NCBI GenBank assembly: GCA_028534125.1 | Contig: CM052817.1 | Coordinates: 17,734,001-17,798,000, forward strand | Length of the DNA stretch: 64,000 nt | Source of the DNA: Lama glama | Lineage: Eukaryota | Reading direction: 5' to 3' | Shown: piece after piece, positions 24,757-37,529 of the stretch | Layout of the letters: every line of letters starts with the position of its first letter | Numbering within the stretch: position 1 is the stretch's first letter | Notes under the pieces: generated by a model | Databases searched by the model: none | Told to the model about the DNA's origin: nothing | The model's input: only the letters and a program-made list of their open reading frames with translations | Position numbers and translations under genes: made by a program

Positions 24757-25053
24757 GCAGGTTTTACCTCTGAGGAGTCAACCAACTGTGGGTCTAAAAT
24801 ATTTGGGGGGAAAATTCAGAAAATTCTGAAAAGCAAAACTTGTATTTGCCACGTGCCAGCAACTGTTTACATTGTATTTCATTGCTTTAGGTATTGTAAG
24901 TAATCTAGAGATGATTTAAAGTATATAGGAGGATGTGCATCCGTTATATTGCAAATACTGCATCATTTTATATAAGGGACTCAAGGATCTACATATTGTG
25001 ATGTCTGAGGGTGTCCTGGACCCAATCACCTGCACATACTGAGGGGATGACTG
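24757..25053 (-). mobile_element. MER2/Tigger3-type DNA transposon relic
   Basis: GGTATTGTAAGTAATCTAGAGATGATTTAAAGTATATAGGAGGATGTGCAT...TTTTATATAAGGGACT...ACTGAGGGGATGACTG. Confidence 0.8.
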
Positions 25054-25757
25054 TGTAGCTTGAAGCAACTTGTTCTGCAGAATTGTGCAGTAAAACTAAT
25101 AAGGCTTATGGGGGGAAAAAGGGTTGAAAGCAGACTAGTGAAAATCCATGAAACTCTGATCTTGGATACTAATTAAAAGCAATAGCAATCCTAATAAAAA
25201 ACAAAAGACTAGCATTTGTACTTTGAATTGCCATCAGTCTTAGGAGTCTTGAACTTGTAGGTCCTGGGAGGGCATTACTTCTAAGAGACTTTCCATTTAA
25301 ATTAAAAATCTAACCCATATGTAGCCTTCTTCATTTTAATCCAGTGTTTATTAATACAAGGGGAATTTTTCTGCAGCTTTTTCCTCTGCCCCAGCAGCTT
25401 TGTCAAATAGGTTAACCTGGCTGAAAGAGTAACAGTTCCTGAAGCCACTGAACCAACTACTACTTACAAGAAAGAAAAGTACTTTTGTAGATTTGCAGGT
25501 TTTTTTCTTAAAATATTCATCTGTTACTAAGTTTTTGATCTTTATTTGTGGAAAAGCTTGTTCCCAGTGGCCTCAAAATATTAACATACTAGGAAAAATC
25601 ATATATGAAGGAGCATGACCTCCATTTACACCAGCATTATTCCCCTATTTCTAGTTGCCTAAGAAGAAATTCACAGCAAAAAAAAAAAATACATTGTATA
25701 AGAACAGATTTTACTTTTGTTTTGTTTTGATTTGGGTTAAATGCATAAGGTGAGTTG

Positions 25758-25974
25758 CAGGTGACCCCTGAACAGCTTGGGGGTTAGGGACCCTAGACCC
25801 CTGTGCAGTGGAAAGTCTCCATGATTTTGTAGTTGGTTCCTTGTACCTACAGTTCTGCATCCTTGGATTCACTGAACCACAGATCTGGTAGTACTGTAGT
25901 ACACATTTATTGGGAAAAACCCATGTATAAGTGGACCTGTGCAGTTCAAACTTGTGTCGTTCAGGGATCAACTG
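25758..25974. mobile_element. Tigger2-type MITE (second copy), followed by a MIR (~25985-26190)
   Basis: TIRs CAGGTGACCCCTGAAC.../...GTTCAGGGATCAACTG. Internal GTATAAGTGGACCTGTGCAGTTCAAAC. Confidence 0.8.
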
Positions 25975-28544
25975 AATCAGTTTTGGAATCACAAAGACTG
26001 GGCTCTGAATTCTAGCTCTGCTGCTGAAATATACTTTCTGCAAGTGACTTGACTTCTTTAAGCCTCAATTTCTGTATCTATAAAATGGAACTAATTATTA
26101 TACCTGCCCATAGAGTTTGGTAGTAAATAAATGAGATAATATTGGACAAACTTTTACACACCGAATTTACTACTAGTAAGTGCTAACTTTTATTTGCAGT
26201 TGTCATTTATAATTCATAATATACTAAAGAGCACAGCATAACTATACCACTAGCAAGGAGTATTTTCAACAAGTTAAACCTTTTCAAATAATTTTTACAT
26301 CCTTATTAATTTTATCTAACATAAAATATTAAGAGTGAGAAGGCAGGATTTTGTTTTTACTGTCAACTGTAGGTAACAAAGAAAACTGATTAAAAAATGT
26401 AGTAAATGTGATTTGCATTTTTCATTTTTTGGCATAGTTTTACACAGGAAACTGATCAAATAATCAGAAGATATAGAAGTTATAATTGTATTTAGGCTCA
26501 TGTGATGTAAAGGGGATACAAACAGGATTTTTTCGTTAGGTTGCAATAGAGATGAACTTTTTTCTGTTCAAATGCCATTAAAAGTTTTGTACTTTACTGC
26601 TTTTGTCTGTGACATGTAGTGGTTTTTGAGGTCTATTTTCTGTCTTCCAGCTCGAAGCTTTCATTTAGCCAAATACATTGAAATGGAATTCTGGTTAAAA
26701 CTTTTTGATCCTTACTTGATTTGATATTGCCTATTGACATTTTGGTTCTGAAATTAAACACATTGCACCTGTGAGCTGTCTAGTATCATGCATTGAACTA
26801 TTTTCAACAAATTCTATTCAGGAGTCATTTCTTGAAAACCTGTTAACAGGCAAGAACTTTGAGCACTTTAAGTGTTATAAAAGATGAATTAACAGTTTGG
26901 TCCTTGGCCATTTGTGCCTTAGTGGGGAATCCAACTATGCTTACAAGTAACTATAACGTAAGGAAGAACACTCCTATAATAGAGACATTTTGCAAGGAAT
27001 GTTGAGGTACAGAACAAGGAATGATTAGTTCAGATTGGTGATATCAGCTAATCATGGAGCAGTTCTTCCTCTTATTTTTAAACTTTTAAATTATGCTAGG
27101 AGAAGATGAGTTCTGGAAATCTGATACAGATTCTGTACCTGGATACAGTCTCTGTTCTCTGTCCCTCCCAGTCAGGAGGTGGTTCTTGTTGGAGAAAGGT
27201 GAATTTATTCAAAACAAAACAAAACAAAACAACAAATATGCCATTGTTTGTAAACATTCCTTTAAATGGAAGAAAAAGTCAGTAGAAGTGTAGCCTGAGT
27301 AGTGGCTGGGTGAGAAGGCGGTGGCAGTTTTCTCAGCTCTGCTAGAGCTGGACCTGAGGAGTGTGTCACTGGCAGCTGTGAGTGCCCTTAGGGAGTTTGG
27401 GCCAAGATAAGTCTGTGCCAAGATAGGCTGCGTGTGCTTCTGCTCTTTGTAGTCACTGCCGTTCAGTTAAGTTCTGTGTCCCTCCTTAGATAGAGTAGGA
27501 GCTAGATAAGGCCAAATAGATCAGCAGGGAAAGAGATTGTCTGTGTAAGTGCTTCCTGCTTGTTTGTAACCCTTTTGAAATGTTACTCATTTAATATGGG
27601 AATATATTCTATCGTTATTATGATAGTTTAGAAGCCCTCAGTTCTACTTTCTTCCCTGGAGGTAACCATTATTAAAAATTTGGGATCATTCTTCCAGACA
27701 GTTTTCTATGTACTTAAGTGCATGTAAGAGTATATAAATATAGTTTGGGTTTTCTTCAGGGCAGATGGGCTCATATTATCGTATTTGTATATTATGTGTT
27801 ATCTTTACTTTTAAAATTTAGTAATCCTTGAGTTCTTAGCATACATTTAGGATTACTTTTCTTTTTTAAAAAAAAATCTTTGTAGTGTTCCATATCCATA
27901 ATATCGGTGTAACAGAATTTATTTAGCCAGTTCCCATTTGGCATACAGGTAGATATATTTCTTTTAGGAGCAAGGCTATACTATAGTAGCCACATATGCA
28001 TGGGTATTTTTGTAGGTCATATACTTAGAAGTGAAATTGCTGGTTACAAGGATATGTGCATTTGTAGTTTTGGTAGATGCTGCCAGCTCTAGAATCTTAT
28101 ATTAACTCATACCCATATATATAGCAGTTTGTGAGAGTTGATGAATAGGTTTCAATAGGAATTGAAAAGAAAGGATTTCTGCACAGAGAAGTGTGAGTAA
28201 AAGCATGGAGATAGGACAGCTTAGTAAATATGGTGAGGCAAAGTGAGTAAAGAATCTGGTGTAGGGTATAGGAAGCAATAGGGGCTAGTGGAAGATGAGT
28301 CCAGAAAGGTAGGTTGGATCAAATAAACTATTTTAAATGTGTGGCTCAGAACTTTAAACTTGAATGGACAGTGGTGGCCTTTGGAAAGGTTTTACACATG
28401 AGCTTTATTTCGGGAGCAGTAACTATGAAGGCTAGGTTTTTGAGATGGGAGTTTGGCTGTGAGACTGTTACAGTGATTGTGTGCTATAATAAAAGCTATG
28501 ACATTAGAAATGGAAGGAAAGAATCAAATTAAAGCCATGGTATA

Positions 28545-29191
28545 AGGAATAGACTTACCATATGACCCAGGAATCTCGCTCCTGGGCATATATCCAGAAG
28601 GAACCCTACTTCAGGATGACACCTGCACCCCAGTGTTCATAGCAGCACTATTTACAATAGCCAAAACATGGAAACAGCCTAAATGTCCATCAATAGATAA
28701 CTGGATAAAGAAGATGTGTGGTATATTTATACAATGGAATACTACTCAGCCATAAAAACCGACAACATAACACCACTTGCAGCAACACGGATGCTCCTGG
28801 AGAATGTCATTCTTAGTGAAGTAAGCCAGAAAGAGAAAGAAAAATATCATATGAGATCACTCATATGTGGAATTTAAAACAAAACAAAAACAAACAAAGC
28901 ATAAATACAAAACAGAAACAGACTCATAGACATAGAATACAAACTTGTGCTTGCCAAGGGGGCGGAGGGGTGAGAAGGGATAGATGGGATTTCAAAATGG
29001 TAGAATAGATAAACAAGATTATACTGTATAGCACAGGGAAATATACACAAGATCTTATGGCAGCCCGCAGAGGAAAAAATGTGACAATGAATATATGTTC
29101 ATGTATAACTGAAAAATCGTGTTCTACACTGGAATTTGACACATTGCAAAATGATTATAAATCAATAAAAATGTTATATAGTTGAAAATAG
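28545..29191 (+). mobile_element. 5'-truncated, relatively young LINE1 (ORF2 C-terminus plus 3' UTR) inserted into an L2 relic
   Basis: ORF2 end motifs GTTCATAGCAGCACTATTTACAATAGCCAA and ACAATGGAATACTACTCAGCCATAAAA, AATAAA at 29164. Perfect 13-bp TSD AAGCCATGGTATA at 28532-28544 and 29192-29204. Confidence 0.92.
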
Positions 29192-29419
29192 AAGCCATGG
29201 TATAGAGTTAAAATCAGTCTGTAAGACTTGGTGGCTAAGAATGAGAAGGGAGAAGATTGAATGTTGTGGCTGGCTGAGTGGATAGATGGCACCTTTTATG
29301 AAAATAATAAAAATAGAGTAAGAAATAGGTTTGGGGTAAAATAAGTGAAAATTTATTAAACTATAAGGAAGAAGATGATATACTGTCCACTGTTGACATG
29401 TTTCTACGAAGTATAGTCA

Positions 29420-30005
29420 GTTTTTCTGGTAGCAAAATAAGCATAACATGAAATTTAATATATTAAAGCATTTTTCGTTGTACATTTCAGTGATACCAGG
29501 TGCATTTGTGTTGTTGTTCAGCTGTTACCATCATCTATCTCCAGAACTTTTTCCATCTTCCGAAACTGAAACTCTGAACCCATTAAACTCTATTCCACCT
29601 TATCCTGAGCCCTTGTTAACCACCATTCTGCTTTCTGCCTCTGAATTTGACTGCTCTATGGGCCTCATATGAGTAGAGTCATACAGTATTTGTCCTTTTG
29701 TGTGGTTTGTTTTACTTCGCATGTCTGCAAGGTTTATCCATATTATAGCATGTGTCAGAATTTCCTTCCTTTTATTTATTTTTATTTGGCGGGGGGGGGA
29801 TTAAGTTTATTTTTATTTATTTTTTAACGGAGGTACTGGGGATTGAACCCAGGACCTTGTGCATGCTAAGCATGCACTCTGCCTCTGAGCTTTACCCCTA
29901 CCCCCAAGAATTTCCTTCCTTTTAGACTAGTTGGTATTCCATTGTTTGCATGTACCACATTTTAAAAATCATTCATCTGCTGGCAGATACATGGGTTGCA
30001 TTTGT
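29420..30005 (-). mobile_element. Older L1M (L1MB/MA-type) 3' fragment hosting a SINE
   Basis: CATCATCTATCTCCAGAACTTTTTCCATCTTCCGAAACTGAAACTCTG...GAGTCATACAGTATTTGTCCTTTTGTG. Confidence 0.8.
29775..29906 (-). mobile_element. Camelid tRNA-derived SINE (Vic-1-like) with perfect TSD
   Basis: Antisense GAGGTACTGGGGATTGAACCCAGGACCTTGTGCATGCTAAGCATGCACTCT. 18-bp TSD AGAATTTCCTTCCTTTTA at 29757-29774 and 29907-29924. Confidence 0.93.
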
Positions 30006-30624
30006 TTGGGGTTTTTTTGTTTTTTGTGGGTTTTTTTGTTGTTGTTGGGGTGGGTCTCCCTTTTCTAAGTAACTGGAGAGTGGATCTAATACAACTGAGT
30101 TTGATAAAACTGTACAAACCACTGCACTCTTGTATAGGTCCACTGTTAGAAAATAGTGTTTGCTACCACAGGGATGATTCTAGAAGATCTTATTCTGTAC
30201 AACTCAAATATATCATGACTACTGGAAAAATGACCCAAAATGCTTATCCTGTTAGTAGTAGACACACCATAGTGGTCAGAGGCTTAGTATAAAGTTAACT
30301 GGATTTAGATTTGAAGTTTTAATGTAATCATTGGATTATTGTCAGGATTGAGTAAAATGTATAGAATTATGTACACTGTCAAGTGCCCCAAACAGAGAAG
30401 GTGTTGTAATACTTGTCCTAGGCTGGTTGACTGGAGAACTGTTTTGAAAGAATTTGACTTTTAAATAGTTGAAATAAAACAACCTCTGCATCTGATGAAA
30501 TAACATGATAGAGGTATCATAAAATAGGGATGAGTTGCCATCAAGTAGGTGTTACCTGTTAATTGTGTCTACAAATCTTGATTCCTTTGTGGTACTAATT
30601 TTGTAAGTTAAAATGAGAAAAGTA

Positions 30625-30750
30625 GCAGTATGGAGAGTCCTCAAAAGACTAAAAATAGACTTACCATATGATCCAGCAATCCCACTCCTGGTCATATATC
30701 TAGAGGGAACCTTAATTCAAAAAGACACCTGCACCCCAGTGTTCATAGCA
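30625..30750 (+). mobile_element. Short internal LINE1 ORF2 fragment with no 3' UTR or poly(A)
   Basis: CAGTATGGAGAGTCCTCAAAAGACTAAAAATAGACTTACCATATGATCCAGCAATCCCACTCCTGG...GTTCATAGCA. Confidence 0.85.
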
Positions 30751-31819
30751 GAGAATAAGTATATTGAGAGGTTCCTTTCTCTTTAGTCATCACTCCCTAG
30801 AAAACACATATTCATGTTCCAAGTTCTCTGCAGTTCATTTCTTTTTAGCCGAGTTGTAATTCTATGTCCACAGCCTAAAATTTTGACTTCTATAAATACA
30901 TTTCAACACAACTCCATCTCAGGAAAATGTGTTACGTTTGGAACTCGTTAACATGATTTTCCTTCATGTTCATTTCCTATTAAAACATAAACCCACACAA
31001 ATTGCTGCACATCAAACTTGCATAACAGTTGGCATTGCCAAATTGAAAAGCATGAACAGAATATAAAATATAGATGAAGAATAGGAATGGAAAATTAAAG
31101 CAACAGATCAAAAGAAGTCCTTGGAGACTCTTAAACTAGTTTTAGGGTGGTTAACATTACAGGATAGCTCTTTAGGTTTATTAATTTCTTTCAGCCTCAT
31201 TGTAAAAGATGAGCTAATAGAAGGTAGTTGGTAATTTAAATGGGATGCTTAGCATGTGGGAAGCACTCCATTAATGTCTGTTAAATTTATGATTTCTAAT
31301 CTATGGGATTGAGATTGAGAATCATTTTAGTGGCTGGAGAGCATCAGCCTTAAATATTTTTCCCACATGATGTTTTATTTAACACTGACAGATACAGATG
31401 GCAGAGGATGCATAATTAAAACTTTAAGATTATTAGAACATTGTTCAATAAATAATGCTTTTACATCATTTAAAAAAAAATCCAACTACAAGCAAGAACT
31501 AGATAGACTAGATTGACTTGTCACATCTCCCTACTCTTTGTGGAAAGTTCTGATAAACTGTAATACACTCAGAATATTTGAGCATATCTGGTTTATTAGT
31601 GTCCAAACTGAACTACTGAAATCCCCCTACTTTTTTTCTAATGTGTTTTTTTCTTCCAGTTTTATTGAGAGAGAATTCACATACAGCGCTAAATAAGTTT
31701 AAGGTGTACAGCATACTGATGACTTACATACATCATGAAATGATTACCACAATCGGTTTAGTGAACAACCATCAACTCATGTAGTGACAAAATTAAAGAA
31801 ATAGACCCACCTCCTTAAT

Positions 31820-32655
31820 CTTCCCTGAAGTCTTCCCCATCTCAGTAAGTAACTTCAGTTTGGGTTGCTTAGGCTAGAAACCTTGGACTCACTATTGCTC
31901 TCCTTTTTTCTTCAGCTCCGTGATCCCTGGAGTCAGCAGATGATGTTAGTTTTCTTTTTAAACTATACCCGTGGTTTCATCACCTGTGACACTTCCGACT
32001 GCTTCCACTCTGGTGTAAGGTTTTGTCATCTTTAACCCACATGGTCATCGTGGTCTCTCAGCTGGTCTCCACTGCCTCTTCCCTGATGCCTTTATCTTTC
32101 TCTGCTCAGCAGCCAGGTTCATCTGCTGATCAGAATCATCTTTGATCTTGCTTTGCTTAGATCTTGATCTTCCTTGACTCAAAATATGCAGTATAAAGCT
32201 TAAGACTTTCCTGATTTGTGGTGTCCCCAAGACTGTACATGGACGCCCCCAACCATACTCACGCAAACTCACGTAACCTCTCATCTCTTCATACCCTCTC
32301 CTGCAGTCTCCGTGTTCTAGCCACACTGGTCTCCTCACTGAAACACTCCTGCTTGAAGGGCTCTTGGACCTGCTGTTCATTCCCTTTGAATGGAATCCTC
32401 CTTTCACCACCTCCTTCAGATCTTTGCTCAAATATTACCTCAGTGAGGGCTGATTTAAAATTGCATCCCACCCCCTGACTTCCTTATCCTTTCTTTCTTT
32501 TTCTTTCCAAAGCATTTACCACCATCTGACATTCTAATTACATCGTAAGTTGTGCTGCCAAGAATTTTAGTCTGTTTTGTACACTGAGGTATCCTCAGTG
32601 CTTAAAAAAGCTGATACATTGCAGGTGTTCAAATATTTGTTGATCTAATGAATTT
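31820..32655 (+). mobile_element. L2 relic
   Basis: CTAGAAACCTTGG, CTCCTTCAGATCTTTGCTCAAATATTACCTCAGTGAGG, and tail AAATATTTGTTGATCTAATGAAT. Confidence 0.75.
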
Positions 32656-35600
32656 ATGAAGAGAAAGGAGAGCATGCTGGAAGACATGAATTAGAGCCAC
32701 AGATTGGATATCACCCACATAATTGAAATAAACATGTGTGAAAATTTTTAAATTTAAAGCATAAGTAATTTCTTGAATAGTAAGTTAAAACACTCACAGG
32801 AAAATGTTTTATTTTGGTTTTAGAACTGTGACATTGGCAGTAACTGATTCTCATATTGTGTCTTCAAAGTTAGTAAGTGTCTGTGACTACTCTGGTGGGC
32901 AGTGTTCTAGGTGCTTGCACATTAAAGTATTATTTAAGCATTATATAGCTGCAGTTTTTTCCTGTTATTGTCTACAGAGAAGTTGTGCTTGGTCAGAAGT
33001 TAGTAACTTTCTAACTTACAATTCCTGACTCCCAAGTCCAGAACTTGATCAGCACATTCTTTATACCCATGACCACATAATTTTTCAAGCCATCAAAATT
33101 TAGATTTTATTGTAAACGAAGAGAAACCTGAGCAGCTAAACTCAAGGAGAAAGAAAATGATACAGAGAAACTAAATTCACTCATAACCGTTTTTATAAAC
33201 ATATACATAGAAAAAGATAGTAGAGGTAAATTTGATTTAGGCTCTTCAGCGTTTCTTACTTAGGTTCCTCTCAAATCCTAGAAAGGAAAGAAGCTTCTGG
33301 TTGATTTGCTTGTTTTGAGTAAATATAGTAGTTGTTATGAGCTGATTTACTGTTTCACTACCTTTTCTTCCTTAACATTCTTAACTCACACTTTGAACAG
33401 TGTACTGTTCTTTCATCTCCCTTTCCACGTTCCCCACCCTCCTAGCTTTGGTCTCCCAAACTGATAACAGCTTGCTAACACCAGTCCAGAAAGGATAGTT
33501 GTGTGTGTGTGTATGCATGCGTGTATTTATGTTTAAATTACACCTGTCCATACTATGCCATCTAAAATTCTAGCAAAAAATTTGGGCATATCCCATTTGA
33601 CCCCTGGCAGTTTGCCACTTTAAGGACAGCACTAGCATCAGGCACTCTGATAGAAATTTTTATCGATATTACTAAAAATTAGTACATACATTTTAAGAAA
33701 AGAGCTTCCCTGGTTGGGAGTTCCTCAAAAGTAAAATTAGCTAAATATTCCTCTTCCACCAGTTGCTAGATCCAGAGTGTCTTTTAGTTATTGGGCCTCA
33801 TTGATCCTGAGTTTAGCCTCTGAGCTGTATAGGTGTGTGATGTCCTCTCACCCCCAGTGTTTAACTGGAAAAGGAGTCAGGTTTTACTGTCAAGATTGGA
33901 ATCAGAATTGTTTATGATTCTTGAGACTATTCTTTGAAAACTACTAAAACTAGATTTAACTTTAGATTTGAAATCCTTGTTAGCAGTGGCAAAAAATAGT
34001 TTACAGTTGACATTCCTTTTATGTGATTTTCATATTTTATGTAATTGTTTCCAAGTACTTGGTGGACAAAACTCATTTAAAATTCAAGTGTCTGTAGAAC
34101 ACATCCCCTAAATTTTGATATCCAATTTAAAATACTTTGTTTCATTAATTCATTATTCGGTATTTTTCTTTAGAATTTCTTATATGTAATAAGCCTGTGA
34201 GAATTAATGTAAAAACACTACCTTGACTACCCTCTTTGGACACAGCACAGTGAAGGAGGCTGTACCAACTGGCATGAGAATGTATTTCTGCTTCTTCTAT
34301 AACAAGTGAAATGCTTTGTAGACAGCTGCGTAGGGTCTTTAATATACATTAATTCTGCAGTTAAACGGTATGTAGTTGGGCATCAGAATTTCTAATGGAC
34401 ATTCCTTTTATGATCAACTATTTTGGACTTTATCTAATGCTTAAAAATGAATTTTACAGAAGCTATGTTGTTATTGATGAAGATGGTTTTTGAAGGGCCA
34501 TTGAAGTTTCTTCCTATGACAGTTTTGAGCCCTTAAATATGGTAATTGTGAAAATTTTTCTTTCAGCAATTAAAAAGTGGTTTCTTTGAGTCATTTAACT
34601 TGTTACTAAACATTGACGTAGTTCTATTGATCACTTCTGCAGTTAGTTTTGGAATGCACTGTGAGTACATGGTTTCTATTCAAATTTGAAGTTCCTTTGG
34701 AGTTTCCTGTCCTTAATTTGGGGAATTTTTCAGCACTTTTTGTTACTCTTTTAATTTAATCGTGTTTTGAAGCATAGTAGAGTGTTGACCATCTGCTCTT
34801 TTTTAATTTTTTTTTTTTTTGTTGTTCCTGATGACTTGACTGAATGGCCTCATCTCCTTCAGCTAGTAAATGTTTTGCTTCCCACAAGGCAGACCATGGG
34901 CCAGGGCCCACTTGGGAAAACATGGCAGTGCGTCCTCTTAAGGAACGTTAACTGTCATGCTCATTTTTATTTTGTCACTTAAAGCTTATATTGATAACTG
35001 CTTTGATTTACAAATCAACCTTAAAAGATCTTAAAGTGCATAACTTCATGAAAAACTGAATTTCCTTTGTAGCAATAAAATGAAATTTCCGATTTGAGTG
35101 AGTAAATATGATTCTGACCTTTCTTAGTGGTGTTAGTGAATGTACACACAGTCTCTTGCTAAACCATAACCAAAAATCTGTCTTATGTATATTAACTACA
35201 TTTGAATGAGAAGTGTTATAAAATTAGATTATTGCTTTATCAGCCAGGTTGAAAAATAAGCTTAAGTGTTGGGTTTGATTTCTGATTGCTTCTGGGAGAT
35301 AGCTTGGCATAGCAGCATGTGCAGTGTGGGATTTTGAGTTGGACGTGTGTGATGAAGTATCTGATCCACCACTTTCAGTCTCTGATGCATTATGTTAAAC
35401 AGATTAGTACTAAATCTCTGTGAGCCTCAACCCCCTCACCTGCAGGGGGGAAAAAAGGCAACTAGTCAATTTTAATGAGTGGTGAATCAGGATGAAATAA
35501 AATAATGCTAAAAGCCTAGCATGGTTCTTGGCATATTGTCAACAGTTGTTGGCCCCAGTACACCCCTTATCCCCCAACGATATTTTACAGCAATATTTTG

Positions 35601-37346
35601 TAGAAAAAGTGCTGAAATTAAAGCTATAGGATCTAAATTTAAGTCCTAGTACTTTTCTCATGTTGCATGTTTTCTTGGATCAGTAAGTTGACCACAGAGT
35701 GTCAGTTTTCTCCTGTAGAACAGGTTCTGAAAACTAAAAGATAATGAGTGCTGCAGACTGAGGCTTTTATTCTTTTCTTTATTATCTAATGTATTTATAT
35801 CTTACCTTATTTCCCAGTGGCTAACATTATTTATGTGCAAGGGAGGAGCTGTACTTCAGGAGCATTAACCTGATAGTTGTGTTTAGGATGCATTTATTTG
35901 GAGCAGCAGAATATAGGAAACAGCCTGAGTGTCCTTCCAGGAGATTGTAGCATTGTTAAAGAGGCTTTGAAAGGTTTTAAGCTTGGAGGGGTTAGGGTCA
36001 GGGGGTTGTTCTAAAGCGGTAAAATGATCAGTTTAAAAAGATGGTTGTGGTTGCAATTATTTCATTGGACCAGGGCCCTTGTTTCTGTTCTTCATTAGTT
36101 CTTCCCACCTACCCTGTAGAGTTCTTTCCTATATGCAGTTCTGCCACCATTACCAGCTTTCTGAAGAGTGACCTACATTTTGTAATCTGCATTCCCCACA
36201 ATGTGCAATAAATCTAAATCTCAGGAGTGTGTAATTTTTCTGACAGTGAAATTGAGAGGTTTTCATCAGTTGAATCTACCCTTTCAAACAGGAAATAATT
36301 TCTCTTTCTCCTTAGCACATACTTTTAGCTTTAGCTGGGAAACTTTTGTCATTTTCCATTCCTGACTGTTAAACTTTACACAAGCTGTTCCACAAACCCG
36401 GAGTATAACAAACCTCTCCCAGCTACTTTCTTTCCTTAGAAGCCCTTTTTATGGCTTGCTTTTATTAAAAATTTCCTTATCAGTCGGCCTAAAGTAATGT
36501 TAATTGCTTTACAACATGAATGGACGTGTGTATTACTGATAATTTATCAGTTTTACTTCCTTTGTGTAGTTGCGTATTCTTTCTTTCTTGTAACTCGAGG
36601 GTCAAATTTGAAGCAAAAGTAGAGTGAGTTCTCATATTTAAAATGTGATACGTAGAATTCTTACTGTATCATTTAAACAATGATGTTTTTAATGGTTTTA
36701 TGTAAGAAAGGTGTAGTGGGATGAGGAGGAAGAGGAAGGAGGAACCAGGTAGCTTGCCAAGGCAATCACAGAGCAGCACTAAAACCTGATAGCCATCTAT
36801 CTGTTCATTTATATGCATGCTCTTCATAGAAGCAAGCTTTAGAAACTGAATCTCCTTACAACTTAATGACTTCCATGGAATTAAAATGAGTCAATAATAT
36901 TAACACCAGAAGTGACATTGTTTGAAGGAATCCCTGTGGTGTCTGTTAACAGATTCCCTTTTATACAGGTATGTGGGTGATTTCCAGCTCTCATTCAAAA
37001 CAGAGTAGAATAGTTGGTCATTCGAGGTGGACTTGGCACCTACCAAGTGTTCAGACCTGTCTTTTAGGTTATTTTCATTCCTTGAGAGGAAAACTGAAGA
37101 ATCAGTTGGGGCAAAGAGATCTGTGGGCTTTGGATAGACCTCAGTAAAAGCAAAGGCTGTCCACTCTGACCACTAAGCATGCACTCCTCCTCGTTCACAC
37201 GTGGGTCACATTAGAAATGACAGTGTTACGTAGTAGTAGCAGCAGCAGCTGCTTTGTTTTTCTTAGTCATGGGAGCAGTTAACACAGCGCACTAGTGGCT
37301 TAACATAACAACACTTAAGTCCTTATTTTTTGTTTTTGTTTTTAAG

Positions 37347-37529
37347 TTATTGAAATTATGAAACTATCATTCAAATGGAAGCATTGTAGTTCTTCGGAAC
37401 CATTATGATCTCAAAAGGAAAGGAGAATGATACAGATACACTGGCTGAGGTGTTTTGAGGTGCATCGAAGTGTTCCAGCCTGTGGCTTACCTTAACATGT
37501 TCTTGAAGTACCATGGCGTGGATTAAAAG
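37347..37529 (+). other. RBPJ: RBPJ alternative 183-nt exon: uORF-rich 5' UTR plus the MAWIKR start
   Basis: Polypyrimidine tract and acceptor TTTTTGTTTTTGTTTTTAAG| before 37347. Donor AAG|GTATGC after 37529. Confidence 0.75.
37513..37529 (+). CDS. RBPJ: RBPJ alternative N-terminal coding segment (MAWIK-R)
   Basis: ACCATGG strong Kozak, ATG GCG TGG ATT AAA AG|GT, phase 2. Identical to the recalled MAWIKR isoform start. Confidence 0.92.
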
